From assembly GCF_003851005.1 (NCBI RefSeq), contig NZ_BEXT01000001.1, forward strand, positions 6,246,996 through 6,310,995: a stretch of 64,000 nucleotides of DNA, written 5' to 3'. Within the stretch, counting starts at the first letter, position 1. Every line of letters begins with the position of its first letter. The notes beneath the pieces were generated by a model. The model searched no databases, had not been told where the DNA came from, and worked only from the letters and a program-made list of their open reading frames with translations. Made by a program: the position numbers and the translations under genes. Of this stretch, positions 56,119 through 64,000 are shown in pieces. The stretch comes from Desulfonema ishimotonii. Lineage in GTDB: Bacteria > Desulfobacterota > Desulfobacteria > Desulfobacterales > Desulfococcaceae.

Positions 56119-58986
56119 TTACGCCAGCTCCGGTTTGATTTCCTCAAGATAGTAACACTCAATGATGTCGCCGACCTTGATATCGTTATACCGCTCAATG
56201 CCGATACCGCACTCGTAGCCGCTCTGCACCTCTTTCACATCGTCCTTGAACCGTCTCAGGGAGGCGATATTCCCCTCGTGGATCACCACGCCGTCGCGGA
56301 CCAGGCGGATGCGTTTCCCCCGCTGAATGTTTCCGTCCGTGACATAGCAGCCGGCAATTGTCCCCACCTTGGGTACATGAAAGACCTCCCGGGTCTCGGC
56401 ACGGCCCAGAACCCGTTCCTCAAAGGTGGACTCCATCATGCCGAGGATGGCGTCTTTCACATCCTTGATGACGTTGTAAATGACGTTGTAGAAGCGCATA
56501 TCCACATGCTCTTCATTGGCAAACGTCTGCACTTTGGGTGTGGGACGGACGTTAAAGCCGATAATGATGGCATTGGACACGGCGGCCAGCGAAATATCGG
56601 ATTCACTCACAGTGCCGGTCGCTGCGTGGATGATGTTAATGGAGACCTCGTCGTTGGACAGCTTGACCAGAGACTCGCTCATGGCCTCAAGTGAGCCGTG
56701 AACATCGGCCTTGAGAATGACGTTCAGATCCTTGACCTCACCCTCCTGCATCCGCTCAAAGAGCTTTTCCAGGCTGATGCGGCTGGTCTTGGCCAGGCCG
56801 ATGGAGCGCTGCTTCTGGAGCCGGTGCTCACTGACCTGCTTGGCGCTCTTGTCGTCATCCAGGACGATCATCTCGTCACCGGCGTTGGGCACACCCGAAA
56901 GCCCCAGCACCTCCACCGGCTCTGACGGACCTGCCGATTCGACCTGCTGGCCCCGGTCATTGAGCATGGCGCGGATTTTTCCATGATGAACCCCGCATAC
57001 AACCGGATCTCCGGCACGGAGCGTTCCCTCCTGAACCAGGATGGTGGCCACAGGGCCGCGGCCGGCGTCCAGTTTGGATTCCACCACATAGCCCTTGGCA
57101 TGTTTATCCGGATTGGCTTTGAGTTCCAGCACCTCGGCCTGGAGCAGTATCATCTCCAGCAGCGCATCAATCCCCTGATTCTGTTTGGCGGACACCTTGA
57201 CAAAAATGGTATCGCCCCCCCAGTCTTCGGGCATCAGGTTATGCTCGGAAAGCTCCCGTGTCACCCGGTCGGGATCGGCGCCGTCCTTGTCCATCTTGTT
57301 GATGGCCACAATAATGGGAACATTGGCGGCCTTGGAGTGGTTGATGGCCTCAATGGTCTGGGGCATCACCCCGTCATCGGCAGCGACAACGAGAACAACG
57401 ATGTCGGTCACGATGGCCCCGCGGGCGCGCATGGCCGTAAAGGCCTCATGTCCGGGGGTATCCAGAAACGTCACCTGTCCGCCCGATGTCTTGACACTGT
57501 AGGCACCGATATGCTGCGTAATCCCGCCCGCCTCAATTTCGGTAATCCGGGTCTTGCGGATCACGTCCAGCAGGGAGGTTTTCCCGTGATCCACATGGCC
57601 CATAATGGTGACCACAGGGGATCTGCCGACCATAGCTCCGGGGGTGCTTTCCTCTTCGATATGCAGAAAGGTATCTTCTTCAAAGGCGGCTTTTTCCACC
57701 TCGTACCCGAACTCCGATGCGACCAGGACCGCCGTATCAAAGTCGATGGTCTGGTTGACGGTTACCATCACGCCCAGCATCATCAGCTTCTTGATCATCT
57801 CGCTGGCCTTGATCCCCATCCGTTTGGCCAGATCCGCCAGGACAATCGTATCATCAATCTTCACCCGGCGTTTGATGGCCTTGGGGGTCGTGATCTGGGT
57901 CTTCTGGGCTTTCACCGCCCTGGCCTTGCCCCGTTTTCCCCGTTTCCCCTTGCCATACAGTGCGGCACCTTCCACGACCTCCTTACGCCTGAAGGGGGTT
58001 TTCTTTTTGCCCCGGCGGGTCTCTTCCCCGGCGGACGGGGTGACCTCCCCTTTTTTCTTATGGAATTTTTTCTTCCGGTCTCTGACCGGCAACTCCCCGG
58101 CTGTTGTTTTCTCATTGCCACCCGCAGCCTGCTCCGTACTTCTCGCAGGCTTACTCTTCGCAGGCGAACTCTTTTCTGACGGGGGCGCGGCAACCTTCGG
58201 CGGCAGTTTGATAATCCGTGCGGGCGTATCTTTTTTATTCGCCCGCTTCTTTTTCTTTCTTTTTTCCGGCTTTTTATCCGCTTTCTCAGGTGTCTCGGGC
58301 TGATCGGTCGAGGTTTCTGCGGCGCCAGACGGTTCGGCCGTTGAAGCGTCCGCATCCCGCTGCCTCCGCGTTGTTGTCTTCTCACTGTTCATAGGCTTTT
58401 CTCCAACCTCGGCAGGCCCGGCCGGTTCCTGTTCAACCGCCGACACAGCAGGTGCTTCGATGGGATCGGATTCCGCTTTGGGCGGGGTATCCGAAGGGGT
58501 TTGAATTATTTTGGCCGGGGCGTCTTTCGCCTTTTTGGCCTTTTTCGCCTTTTTCTTTCCGGTTCCCGGCTTCTCATCAGAGGAGGGTATTACAGCCTGA
58601 TCGTTATCCGGTTCAGGCGTTCCGGCGTCGGCAGATTCTTTTTCCGGTTCAGGGGGGGCGTCCTGTTCTATTTCTGTTGTATCGGAACGGTCTTCTGTCT
58701 CCGGTGCCGCGTCCGTATCAGCAGTCATCTCTTCAGGCGCTGTGTCTTCGGTTTCCGCTGAAGTCCGTTTTTTTCGTTTTCGGATAACGGTTGGCTTTAC
58801 GCGGGTAACCTCCGCTGCCCCTTTCTTTTTTCCAAGAATATTCGCCTTGATGTTCGCTACAGTCTCGTCATCCAGAGAACTCATGTGGCTGCTTACGGCA
58901 ATATTCATATCGCTCATTTTATCCAGGAGCGCCTTATTTTTCATGTTCAGAACTCTGGCAAGCTCATATACTCTGATCTTTGCCAT
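56119..58986 (-). CDS. infB: Translation initiation factor IF-2.
   Basis: Lys/Ala/Glu/Pro-rich N-terminal region, G domain ([24 protein letters not shown]) and the C-terminal beta-barrel domains; 955 aa. Confidence 0.9.
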   Translation of the reverse strand: MAKIRVYELARVLNMKNKALLDKMSDMNIAVSSHMSSLDDETVANIKANILGKKKGAAEVTRVKPTVIRKRKKRTSAETEDTAPEEMTADTDAAPETEDRSDTTEIEQDAPPEPEKESADAGTPEPDNDQAVIPSSDEKPGTGKKKAKKAKKAKDAPAKIIQTPSDTPPKAESDPIEAPAVSAVEQEPAGPAEVGEKPMNSEKTTTRRQRDADASTAEPSGAAETSTDQPETPEKADKKPEKRKKKKRANKKDTPARIIKLPPKVAAPPSEKSSPAKSKPARSTEQAAGGNEKTTAGELPVRDRKKKFHKKKGEVTPSAGEETRRGKKKTPFRRKEVVEGAALYGKGKRGKRGKARAVKAQKTQITTPKAIKRRVKIDDTIVLADLAKRMGIKASEMIKKLMMLGVMVTVNQTIDFDTAVLVASEFGYEVEKAAFEEDTFLHIEEESTPGAMVGRSPVVTIMGHVDHGKTSLLDVIRKTRITEIEAGGITQHIGAYSVKTSGGQVTFLDTPGHEAFTAMRARGAIVTDIVVLVVAADDGVMPQTIEAINHSKAANVPIIVAINKMDKDGADPDRVTRELSEHNLMPEDWGGDTIFVKVSAKQNQGIDALLEMILLQAEVLELKANPDKHAKGYVVESKLDAGRGPVATILVQEGTLRAGDPVVCGVHHGKIRAMLNDRGQQVESAGPSEPVEVLGLSGVPNAGDEMIVLDDDKSAKQVSEHRLQKQRSIGLAKTSRISLEKLFERMQEGEVKDLNVILKADVHGSLEAMSESLVKLSNDEVSINIIHAATGTVSESDISLAAVSNAIIIGFNVRPTPKVQTFANEEHVDMRFYNVIYNVIKDVKDAILGMMESTFEERVLGRAETREVFHVPKVGTIAGCYVTDGNIQRGKRIRLVRDGVVIHEGNIASLRRFKDDVKEVQSGYECGIGIERYNDIKVGDIIECYYLEEIKPELA

Positions 58987-59053
58987 TCATACCCCCCTAA
59001 AACTCTGTTTTGTGCGACAGGCGGCATATCATCCGACGCCTGCCTCTATTCAT

Positions 59054-60715
59054 TTAAATTTCATGGGCTGCCGCCGTATCATCTGGTGTGTTGTCCTTTT
59101 TAAGGGGGGCATCATTTCCACCCCTTTCTTCTACCTCATCTCTGGAATCCGGTGCATCGGCCTCCCCGTCATCAACCCTGACAGCAGGTGCGGGCGGCGT
59201 TTCTCCGACCGTCTCCGCAGGCCCTTCCTGAACCGGTACGGGCGGCGTTTCTCCGACCGTCTCCGCAGGCCCTTCCTGAACCGTTGCGGGCGGCGTTTCT
59301 CCGACCGTCTCCGCAGGCGTTTCCTGAACCGTTGCGGGCGGCGCTTCTCCGACCGTCTCCGCAGGCGTTTCCTGAACCGTTGCGGGCGGCACATCTCCGA
59401 CCGTCTCCGCAGGCCCTTCCTGAACCGTTGCGGACGGCGCTTCTCCGGCGTCACCGGTCGCTTTTTTCGGTTTACGGGGCCCCGCCAATGCAGTCGTCGC
59501 CGCACGAATCAGCTCTTCTGCCTGCTCGTCCGTCATTCCCGGAATCTGGAGCAATTCTTCAACCGAGCTTTCCGCGATCTCTTCAACGGAGAAGAGCCCC
59601 TTTCCAGAGAGGGCATCTGCAAGGCCGATGTTTACCTCCGGCAGGGACAGGAGGGAGTCGTATCCTCTCTTCATATCCGAGCTGTACTTGGACTCGCTCT
59701 TTACATCCAGACGCCATCGGGTGAGTTTGGATGCAAGGCGGACGTTTTGCCCGTTCCGTCCGATGGCAACCGAGAGTTTTTCATCCGGCACAATCACCTC
59801 CATCGAGCGGTTTTCCTCGTCGATCACGACCCGCACAATCTCGGCGGGTGCCAGGGCATTGCACACAAATTTTGCGGGGTCCACATGCCAGGAGATGATA
59901 TCAATTTTTTCACCCTGAAGCTCCTGTACCACATTCTGAACCCGGCTTCCCTTCATCCCGACACAGGCGCCGACCGGATCGATATCCGAATCGTTCGAGG
60001 CCACGGCAATCTTGCCCCGGATTCCCGGCTCCCGGGCAGCCGTCATGATGGAGACAACCCCCTCACTCACCTCCGGCACCTCTGTTCTGAAGAGGCTGAT
60101 CAGAAAGTCGGTGTGGGTTCGGGAGAGGATGACCTGGGGGCCATGGGTATCATTCCGGACGTCCAGAATATAGGCCCGGATACGATCCCCCCTCCGATAT
60201 TTCTCCTTGGAGACCTGTTCCCGAACCGGCAGGACGCCCTCGGTCTGGCCCAGGTTGACGATGAGGTTATGGCGCTCAAACCGCTGGACAATGCCGTTGA
60301 TGATCTCGCCTTTGCGGTTGACATAGCTGTTGTAAATCGCCTCCCGTTCGGCATCCTTCATCTTCTGTATGATCACCTGCTTGGCGGACTGGGCGGCAAT
60401 GCGCCCGAAGGTGGTCGTGTCCATTTTGGTGCCGAGGCAGTCGCCGATTTCACAGTCCGGGTCCATTACGATCCCCTCTTCCATGCTGAGCTGCGTATCC
60501 GGATCGGTAATATCTTCTACCACCTCTTTGAATTGAAAGACCTCTATCTCGCCTGCGGCCTCGTTGTACTTGACCTCAATATCAAGCCTGTTTCCGAATC
60601 GCTTTCTGGCAGCAGATTTCAGCGCCTCCTCAAGTGCCCTGATAAGGATTTCGCTGTCAATGCCCTTGTCCCGGCTCACCTGTTCGATGACACGCTTTAT
60701 ATCTGTAATCAGCAT
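59054..60715 (-). CDS. nusA: Transcription termination/antitermination factor NusA with a C-terminal low-complexity tandem-repeat extension.
   Basis: N-terminal domain, S1 and two KH domains (..RVQNVVQELQGEKIDII..). C-terminal repeats PPATVQE[GT]PAETVGE[TA] x ~5 are encoded by 60-bp DNA repeats at about 59200-59500 (plus-strand coordinates). Confidence 0.9.
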   Translation of the reverse strand: MLITDIKRVIEQVSRDKGIDSEILIRALEEALKSAARKRFGNRLDIEVKYNEAAGEIEVFQFKEVVEDITDPDTQLSMEEGIVMDPDCEIGDCLGTKMDTTTFGRIAAQSAKQVIIQKMKDAEREAIYNSYVNRKGEIINGIVQRFERHNLIVNLGQTEGVLPVREQVSKEKYRRGDRIRAYILDVRNDTHGPQVILSRTHTDFLISLFRTEVPEVSEGVVSIMTAAREPGIRGKIAVASNDSDIDPVGACVGMKGSRVQNVVQELQGEKIDIISWHVDPAKFVCNALAPAEIVRVVIDEENRSMEVIVPDEKLSVAIGRNGQNVRLASKLTRWRLDVKSESKYSSDMKRGYDSLLSLPEVNIGLADALSGKGLFSVEEIAESSVEELLQIPGMTDEQAEELIRAATTALAGPRKPKKATGDAGEAPSATVQEGPAETVGDVPPATVQETPAETVGEAPPATVQETPAETVGETPPATVQEGPAETVGETPPVPVQEGPAETVGETPPAPAVRVDDGEADAPDSRDEVEERGGNDAPLKKDNTPDDTAAAHEI

Positions 60716-61251
60716 CCGTCTTCTCCGTTATAATTGACAAGTCGTGCCCGGCTGATCTCTTGAAAAGGAACCTGGACTGTCTGCCCTTCAACGATAATCC
60801 CAATCCGCCCGTCTGAAACATCGGCCAGCGGACCCTTGAATTTTTTCTTCCCGCTGATGGGCGTTATGGTTCTGATTTCTGCCATGTGACCTTGAAATTT
60901 TATAAAATCAGATTCTCTGGCTAACGGGCGATCCGGCCCGGGCGAGGAGACTTCAAGATGATAGGCTTCTCTGAGATCCATGCTCACATCCAGAATATCT
61001 CCCATCTGGCGGCTGACAGAAACACAATTATCCAGCGTCACCCCGCCGGGTCTGTCAATGTAAATTCTCATGATCCGCCCACGCGCTTCCTGCTGATATT
61101 CCACATGAACCAGTTCCAGCCCATCTGTCTCACACAGGGGTTCGGCCAGATTCCTGACCCGGTCTGCGATCTTTCTATCCCTTTCGGGAGAACATTTCCG
61201 GGGACTGACACCCCTTTTTTCGGAGTCCGATTTTCTTCTTTTTTTGCTCAT
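60709..61251 (-). CDS. rimP: Ribosome maturation factor RimP, with an N-terminal Lys/Arg-rich extension.
   Basis: ..GLELVHVEYQQEARGRIMRIYIDRPGGVTLDNCVSVSRQMGDILD..HLEVSSPG..; 180 aa against about 150 typical. Confidence 0.8.
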   Translation of the reverse strand: MSKKRRKSDSEKRGVSPRKCSPERDRKIADRVRNLAEPLCETDGLELVHVEYQQEARGRIMRIYIDRPGGVTLDNCVSVSRQMGDILDVSMDLREAYHLEVSSPGPDRPLARESDFIKFQGHMAEIRTITPISGKKKFKGPLADVSDGRIGIIVEGQTVQVPFQEISRARLVNYNGEDGC

Positions 61252-61451
61252 TTGCCTTTACATCCACGTCTCAGACAATAAAAAAACGGGCTGCCGCCCG
61301 TTTTATGCCAATGTAGACCTTTTATTTTTAGTGGATGTCGAAAAAATTAATTGTTCATAATCTGCGCATAAGAAAAAAACATGTCCGAACCACAATCCCC
61401 TGATAAAAGGCCTACCTCTTATCTGTAACCAAAAGGCGGACTTATCAAAAT

Positions 61452-61527
61452 GGAGCGGGCAACGAGATTCGAACTCGCGACACCAAGCTTGGGAAGCTTG
61501 TACTCTACCAGCTGAGCTATGCCCGCT
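61452..61527 (-). tRNA. tRNA-Gly (anticodon CCC), 76 nt with an encoded CCA.
   Basis: Reverse complement reads GCGGGCATAGCTCAGCTGGTAGAGTACAAGCTTCCCAAGCTTGGTGTCGCGAGTTCGAATCTCGTTGCCCGCTCCA. It has a 7-bp acceptor stem, a D-arm, anticodon loop TTCCCAA, T-loop TTCGAAT and discriminator U. Confidence 0.9.
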
Positions 61528-61633
61528 CAATCGAAACGTTAATTTACGACAGTGACTTTCTTTTGTCAATATTTTTATTTATATCCGAATTTTTCTGTAA
61601 CCATCCGTTCCCGTACAGCGGCACTTCATAAAA

Positions 61634-62251
61634 TCAGGCGGTTGTACGAAAACAGCACGACGGATCCGGCGTTTCGGCGGATCTGCCGGATCTTTTTTTC
61701 TCACATCCGCAGATCAGAACTGCCGCCTCATACAGGTTCGCCACAATATGGTCCGGCCGGATATTTTTGTGTTCCAGGATCTTTTCCGACGCCCTCCCAT
61801 TGCCGGTCCGTACCAGAATACTTCTGGCGCAGCCTGCATTTCGGGCGCACTCGATATCCTTGGCGCTGTCGCCGACCATACAGGCCGTTGCCGGATCAAT
61901 GCCATATATCGCCTGTGCCTTTCGGATCAGGCCCGGAGCCGGTTTTCGGCACCCGCATCCTTCATCCGGCCTGTGCGGACAGAAAAAGATGTCGGTAATT
62001 CTGCCGCCTGCGGCCTCCACCGCCAGCCGCATCATGGTGTGCATATGCTCAAGGGTCTGCCGGGTGATCATCCCCCGGTTCACGGCAGACTGGTTGGTGA
62101 TGAGTATTACCGCAAAACCGTGTTCGGTCAGGCACCGGATCGCCTCGGTGCTGCCGGGAATAAAGCGGAATTCGTCCCAGCTTCTGATATAGTCGGGCGA
62201 ATCCTCATTAATCACTCCGTCCCGATCCAGGAACACCACATCCCGCAGCAT
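61634..62251 (-). CDS. gmhB: D-glycero-D-manno-heptose 1,7-bisphosphate 7-phosphatase (HAD-IIIA, GmhB).
   Basis: VVFLDRDGVINED, ILITNQSAVNRG and MVGDSAKDIECARNAG motifs. Internal start at 62251 (the track ORF runs to 62410), 7 nt after the rlpA stop. Confidence 0.75.
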   Translation of the reverse strand: MLRDVVFLDRDGVINEDSPDYIRSWDEFRFIPGSTEAIRCLTEHGFAVILITNQSAVNRGMITRQTLEHMHTMMRLAVEAAGGRITDIFFCPHRPDEGCGCRKPAPGLIRKAQAIYGIDPATACMVGDSAKDIECARNAGCARSILVRTGNGRASEKILEHKNIRPDHIVANLYEAAVLICGCEKKRSGRSAETPDPSCCFRTTA

Positions 62252-62258
62252 GTCTGAA

Positions 62259-63107
62259 TTATTCTGCAATGGCAAATGCCCCCCTGAACCCTTTTTCCTG
62301 TAACACCCGTTCGTACTTCTCCGCCTGTGCCAGCGACGAACACCGCCCCACCAGCACCCGGTAAAGGGTTTTCTGACTGTGATGGCTGTAGGTTTCCCGG
62401 ATATGGGCATTCCTGTAGAAACGGTTCAGATCCCTGATCAGCTGTTCGGCATTTTTTCTGTCGCCAAAGGCACCGATCTGTATGGTGAAGTTCCCCTGCG
62501 TGTAATCCACCGGTTTATAAGCGGACCCGGTATGGATTGCAGACGGCATCACCGTCCCCAGGGCGATCACCTCCACGGGCGCGGTTCCGGGGCCGATCAT
62601 GCCAAGGTGTCTGGCCGCGCCGTAGGAGAGATCAATGACCCTGCCGGGGATAAACGGCCCCCGGTCATTGATCCTCAGGTCAATGGTTTTGCCGTTTTTC
62701 AGATTTCTGACCCGCACATGGGTTCCCAGGGGCAGAATCTTATGGGCGGCGGAAATGCCGTACATATTGTAGACCTCGCCGTTGGAGGTTTTCCTGCCGT
62801 GAAACGCCTTGCCATACCATGAGGCGACCCCCTGCTGTTTGAACCCGTGGGCATGGGCCAGGGGATAATACCATTTATCGCCGATTTTGTAAGGTTTGGG
62901 CCGGGGGGTGCCGGGCAGATGGTAATAGTCTGGCTCGCCTGCCTGCGGGGCCTCTGTGGCGGCAGGCTTTTTCGCCACCGCCACAGGCGGGGGCGCCGGT
63001 GTTCTCAATGCAGAGCCGCACCCGCTGGTCAGCGCCATAAAAAATAAGCATCCGGCAATAATGGCATACTCCGGAAGCTGTCTGATGGTCTGTCCGGTTG
63101 TCCGCAA
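62259..63107 (-). CDS. rlpA: Septal ring lytic transglycosylase RlpA-like lipoprotein (DPBB domain + C-terminal SPOR domain).
   Basis: Lipobox LTSGC; DPBB (GVASWYGKAFHGRKTSNGEVYNMYGISAAHKILPLGTHVRVRNLKNGKTIDLRINDRGPF); C-terminal SPOR (FTIQIGAFGDRKNAEQL...YRVLVGRCSSLAQAE). Confidence 0.8.
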   Translation of the reverse strand: MRTTGQTIRQLPEYAIIAGCLFFMALTSGCGSALRTPAPPPVAVAKKPAATEAPQAGEPDYYHLPGTPRPKPYKIGDKWYYPLAHAHGFKQQGVASWYGKAFHGRKTSNGEVYNMYGISAAHKILPLGTHVRVRNLKNGKTIDLRINDRGPFIPGRVIDLSYGAARHLGMIGPGTAPVEVIALGTVMPSAIHTGSAYKPVDYTQGNFTIQIGAFGDRKNAEQLIRDLNRFYRNAHIRETYSHHSQKTLYRVLVGRCSSLAQAEKYERVLQEKGFRGAFAIAE

Positions 63108-63130
63108 CCTGTTGTTCCTCCCGCGTATCT

Positions 63131-64000
63131 CTATTTGGGCAGCGCGATATGAATCACATCCAGCATCTTGCTGACAAAGTGAAACCGGATCTCCCGCTGC
63201 ACTTTTTTGGGAATATCCTCTATATCCTTTTCATTCAATTTGGGCAGGATCAGCGTCCTGATTCCCGCTCTGTGGGCGGCCAGCACCTTGTCCTTGACGC
63301 CGCCGACCGGCAGCACCATGCCCCGCAGGGTGATCTCACCGGTCATGGCCAGATCCTGCCGGATGGTCCGGTTGGTGGCCAGAGAGGTGAGGGCGGTCAG
63401 CATCGTGACCCCGGCGGACGGCCCGTCTTTGGGAATGGCCCCGGCCGGTATGTGGATGTGAATATCGTGTTTTTCAAAAAAATCCCCGGCCACGCCCAGC
63501 TTTTCGGAATTGGCGCGGATAAAGCTGAGGGCCGCCGTGGCGGATTCTTTCATGACATCCCCGAGCTGTCCCGTCAGGATCAGGCCTTTCTGCCCCTTCA
63601 TGGCCGTGGCCTCGATGAACAGGATCTCGCCCCCGGCCTGGGTCCAGGCCAGCCCGATGGCAACCCCCGGGGTGGAGATGCGTTCCTTGGTGTCGGAGGT
63701 CAGGCGTACCGGACCGAGGTATTTGGAGATGTTGACGACCTTGACGGTCACCGACTCCGCCTCATCGGATACAATGCGGGTCGCCACCCCCCGGCAGACC
63801 GATGCAATCTCCCGCTCCAGGTTCCGCAGGCCGGCCTCGCGGGTGTAGCCGCTGATGATCAGTTTGATGGCGCCCCGGGTGAAGGAGATCTGATCGGCTC
63901 TGAGGCCGTGGGCCTTCCTCTGGCGGGGGATGAGATAGCGGTTGGCGATCCGGATCTTGTCATCCTCGGTGTAGCCGAGCATCTCGATCACCTCCATCCG
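63131..64000 (-). CDS. lon: ATP-dependent Lon protease, C-terminal proteolytic domain and part of the AAA+ domain (the 5' end lies beyond the window).
   Basis: ..DGPSAGVTMLTALTSLATNRTIRQDLAMTGEITLRGMVLPVGGVKDKVLAAHRAGI.. contains the catalytic Ser-Lys dyad region. The ORF is open to the window edge. Confidence 0.85.
   Translation of the reverse strand, partial: RMEVIEMLGYTEDDKIRIANRYLIPRQRKAHGLRADQISFTRGAIKLIISGYTREAGLRNLEREIASVCRGVATRIVSDEAESVTVKVVNISKYLGPVRLTSDTKERISTPGVAIGLAWTQAGGEILFIEATAMKGQKGLILTGQLGDVMKESATAALSFIRANSEKLGVAGDFFEKHDIHIHIPAGAIPKDGPSAGVTMLTALTSLATNRTIRQDLAMTGEITLRGMVLPVGGVKDKVLAAHRAGIRTLILPKLNEKDIEDIPKKVQREIRFHFVSKMLDVIHIALPK

Overview
This is a high-GC (~60%) chromosomal window from an anaerobic, Deltaproteobacteria-like organism (futalosine menaquinone pathway, rubredoxins, sigma-54 regulators). 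It holds about 55 genes plus an unusually rich set of non-coding palindromic elements.

Features, 5'->3':
- 1-1785: C-terminal tip of an Rhs/YD-repeat polymorphic toxin. An abrupt AT-rich novel toxin domain follows the DPxGxxxGG junction motif, with a small membrane protein (likely immunity) after it.
- 2324-3775: a small phage-like remnant encoding an ORF6N-domain protein.
- 4069-8350 (minus): futalosine-pathway menaquinone operon of two MqnC/MqnE-type radical-SAM enzymes, a COG0402 amidohydrolase (putative aminofutalosine deaminase) and mqnA. A distant ubiD/ubiX pair at 42668-45062 may be the late-step MqnL/MqnM-like enzymes.
- 10117-15938: housekeeping and transport genes (thiM, class I methyltransferase, CoA-binding protein, EamA and LysE transporters, Asp/Glu racemase family).
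- 16467-19474: MltD-like LysM lytic transglycosylase and an ADP-ribosylglycohydrolase.
- 19657-27134: signal-transduction cluster. It holds a hybrid histidine kinase whose phospho-acceptor His is replaced by Asp, a PAS-sigma54 activator, a NifX-like protein, a CheY-like receiver, and two tandem paralogs with Cys-rich + cNMP-binding + DUF4388-like domains, one of them frameshifted.
- 27354-27929: a ~580-bp non-coding nested palindromic element with terminal inverted repeats.
- 28674-29873: a protein with five tandem rubredoxin domains, encoded by near-identical 147-bp DNA repeats, fused to a 4-helix membrane domain. A perfect TTCGGAA-N3-TTCCGAA palindrome sits just upstream.
- 30287-39021: a three-gene cluster of an NfeD/YqiJ-like membrane protein, a 701-aa flotillin (SPFH), and a 1841-aa protein. 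The large protein has a beta-rich N-terminus, a coiled-coil region, a MoxR/McrB/dynein-like AAA+ module near residue 1290 and C-terminal TPR. It is bracketed by MITE-like repeats and is the best candidate here for an undescribed system.
- 39171-46422: divergent Nudix CoA-pyrophosphatase-like protein, YceI, MscS, UbiD/UbiX, TrmO.
- 46654-50892: sigma-54 response regulator, frameshifted dppA, dut, frameshifted M16 peptidase.
- 50879-61527 (minus): conserved pnp-rpsO-truB-nrnA-rbfA-DUF503-infB-nusA-rimP operon, preceded by tRNA-Gly(CCC).
- 61634-64000: gmhB, rlpA and the 3' end of lon.

At least four families of hairpin/MITE-like repeats occur in 2-5 copies each. One family sits at a fixed distance after the stop codons of four + strand genes. 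Three gene disruptions map to G/C homopolymer runs; two are indels in runs of 5 G/C (gene B, M16 peptidase) and the dppA site is only a 3-C run, so its link to the run is weaker. This pattern is compatible with sequencing error.
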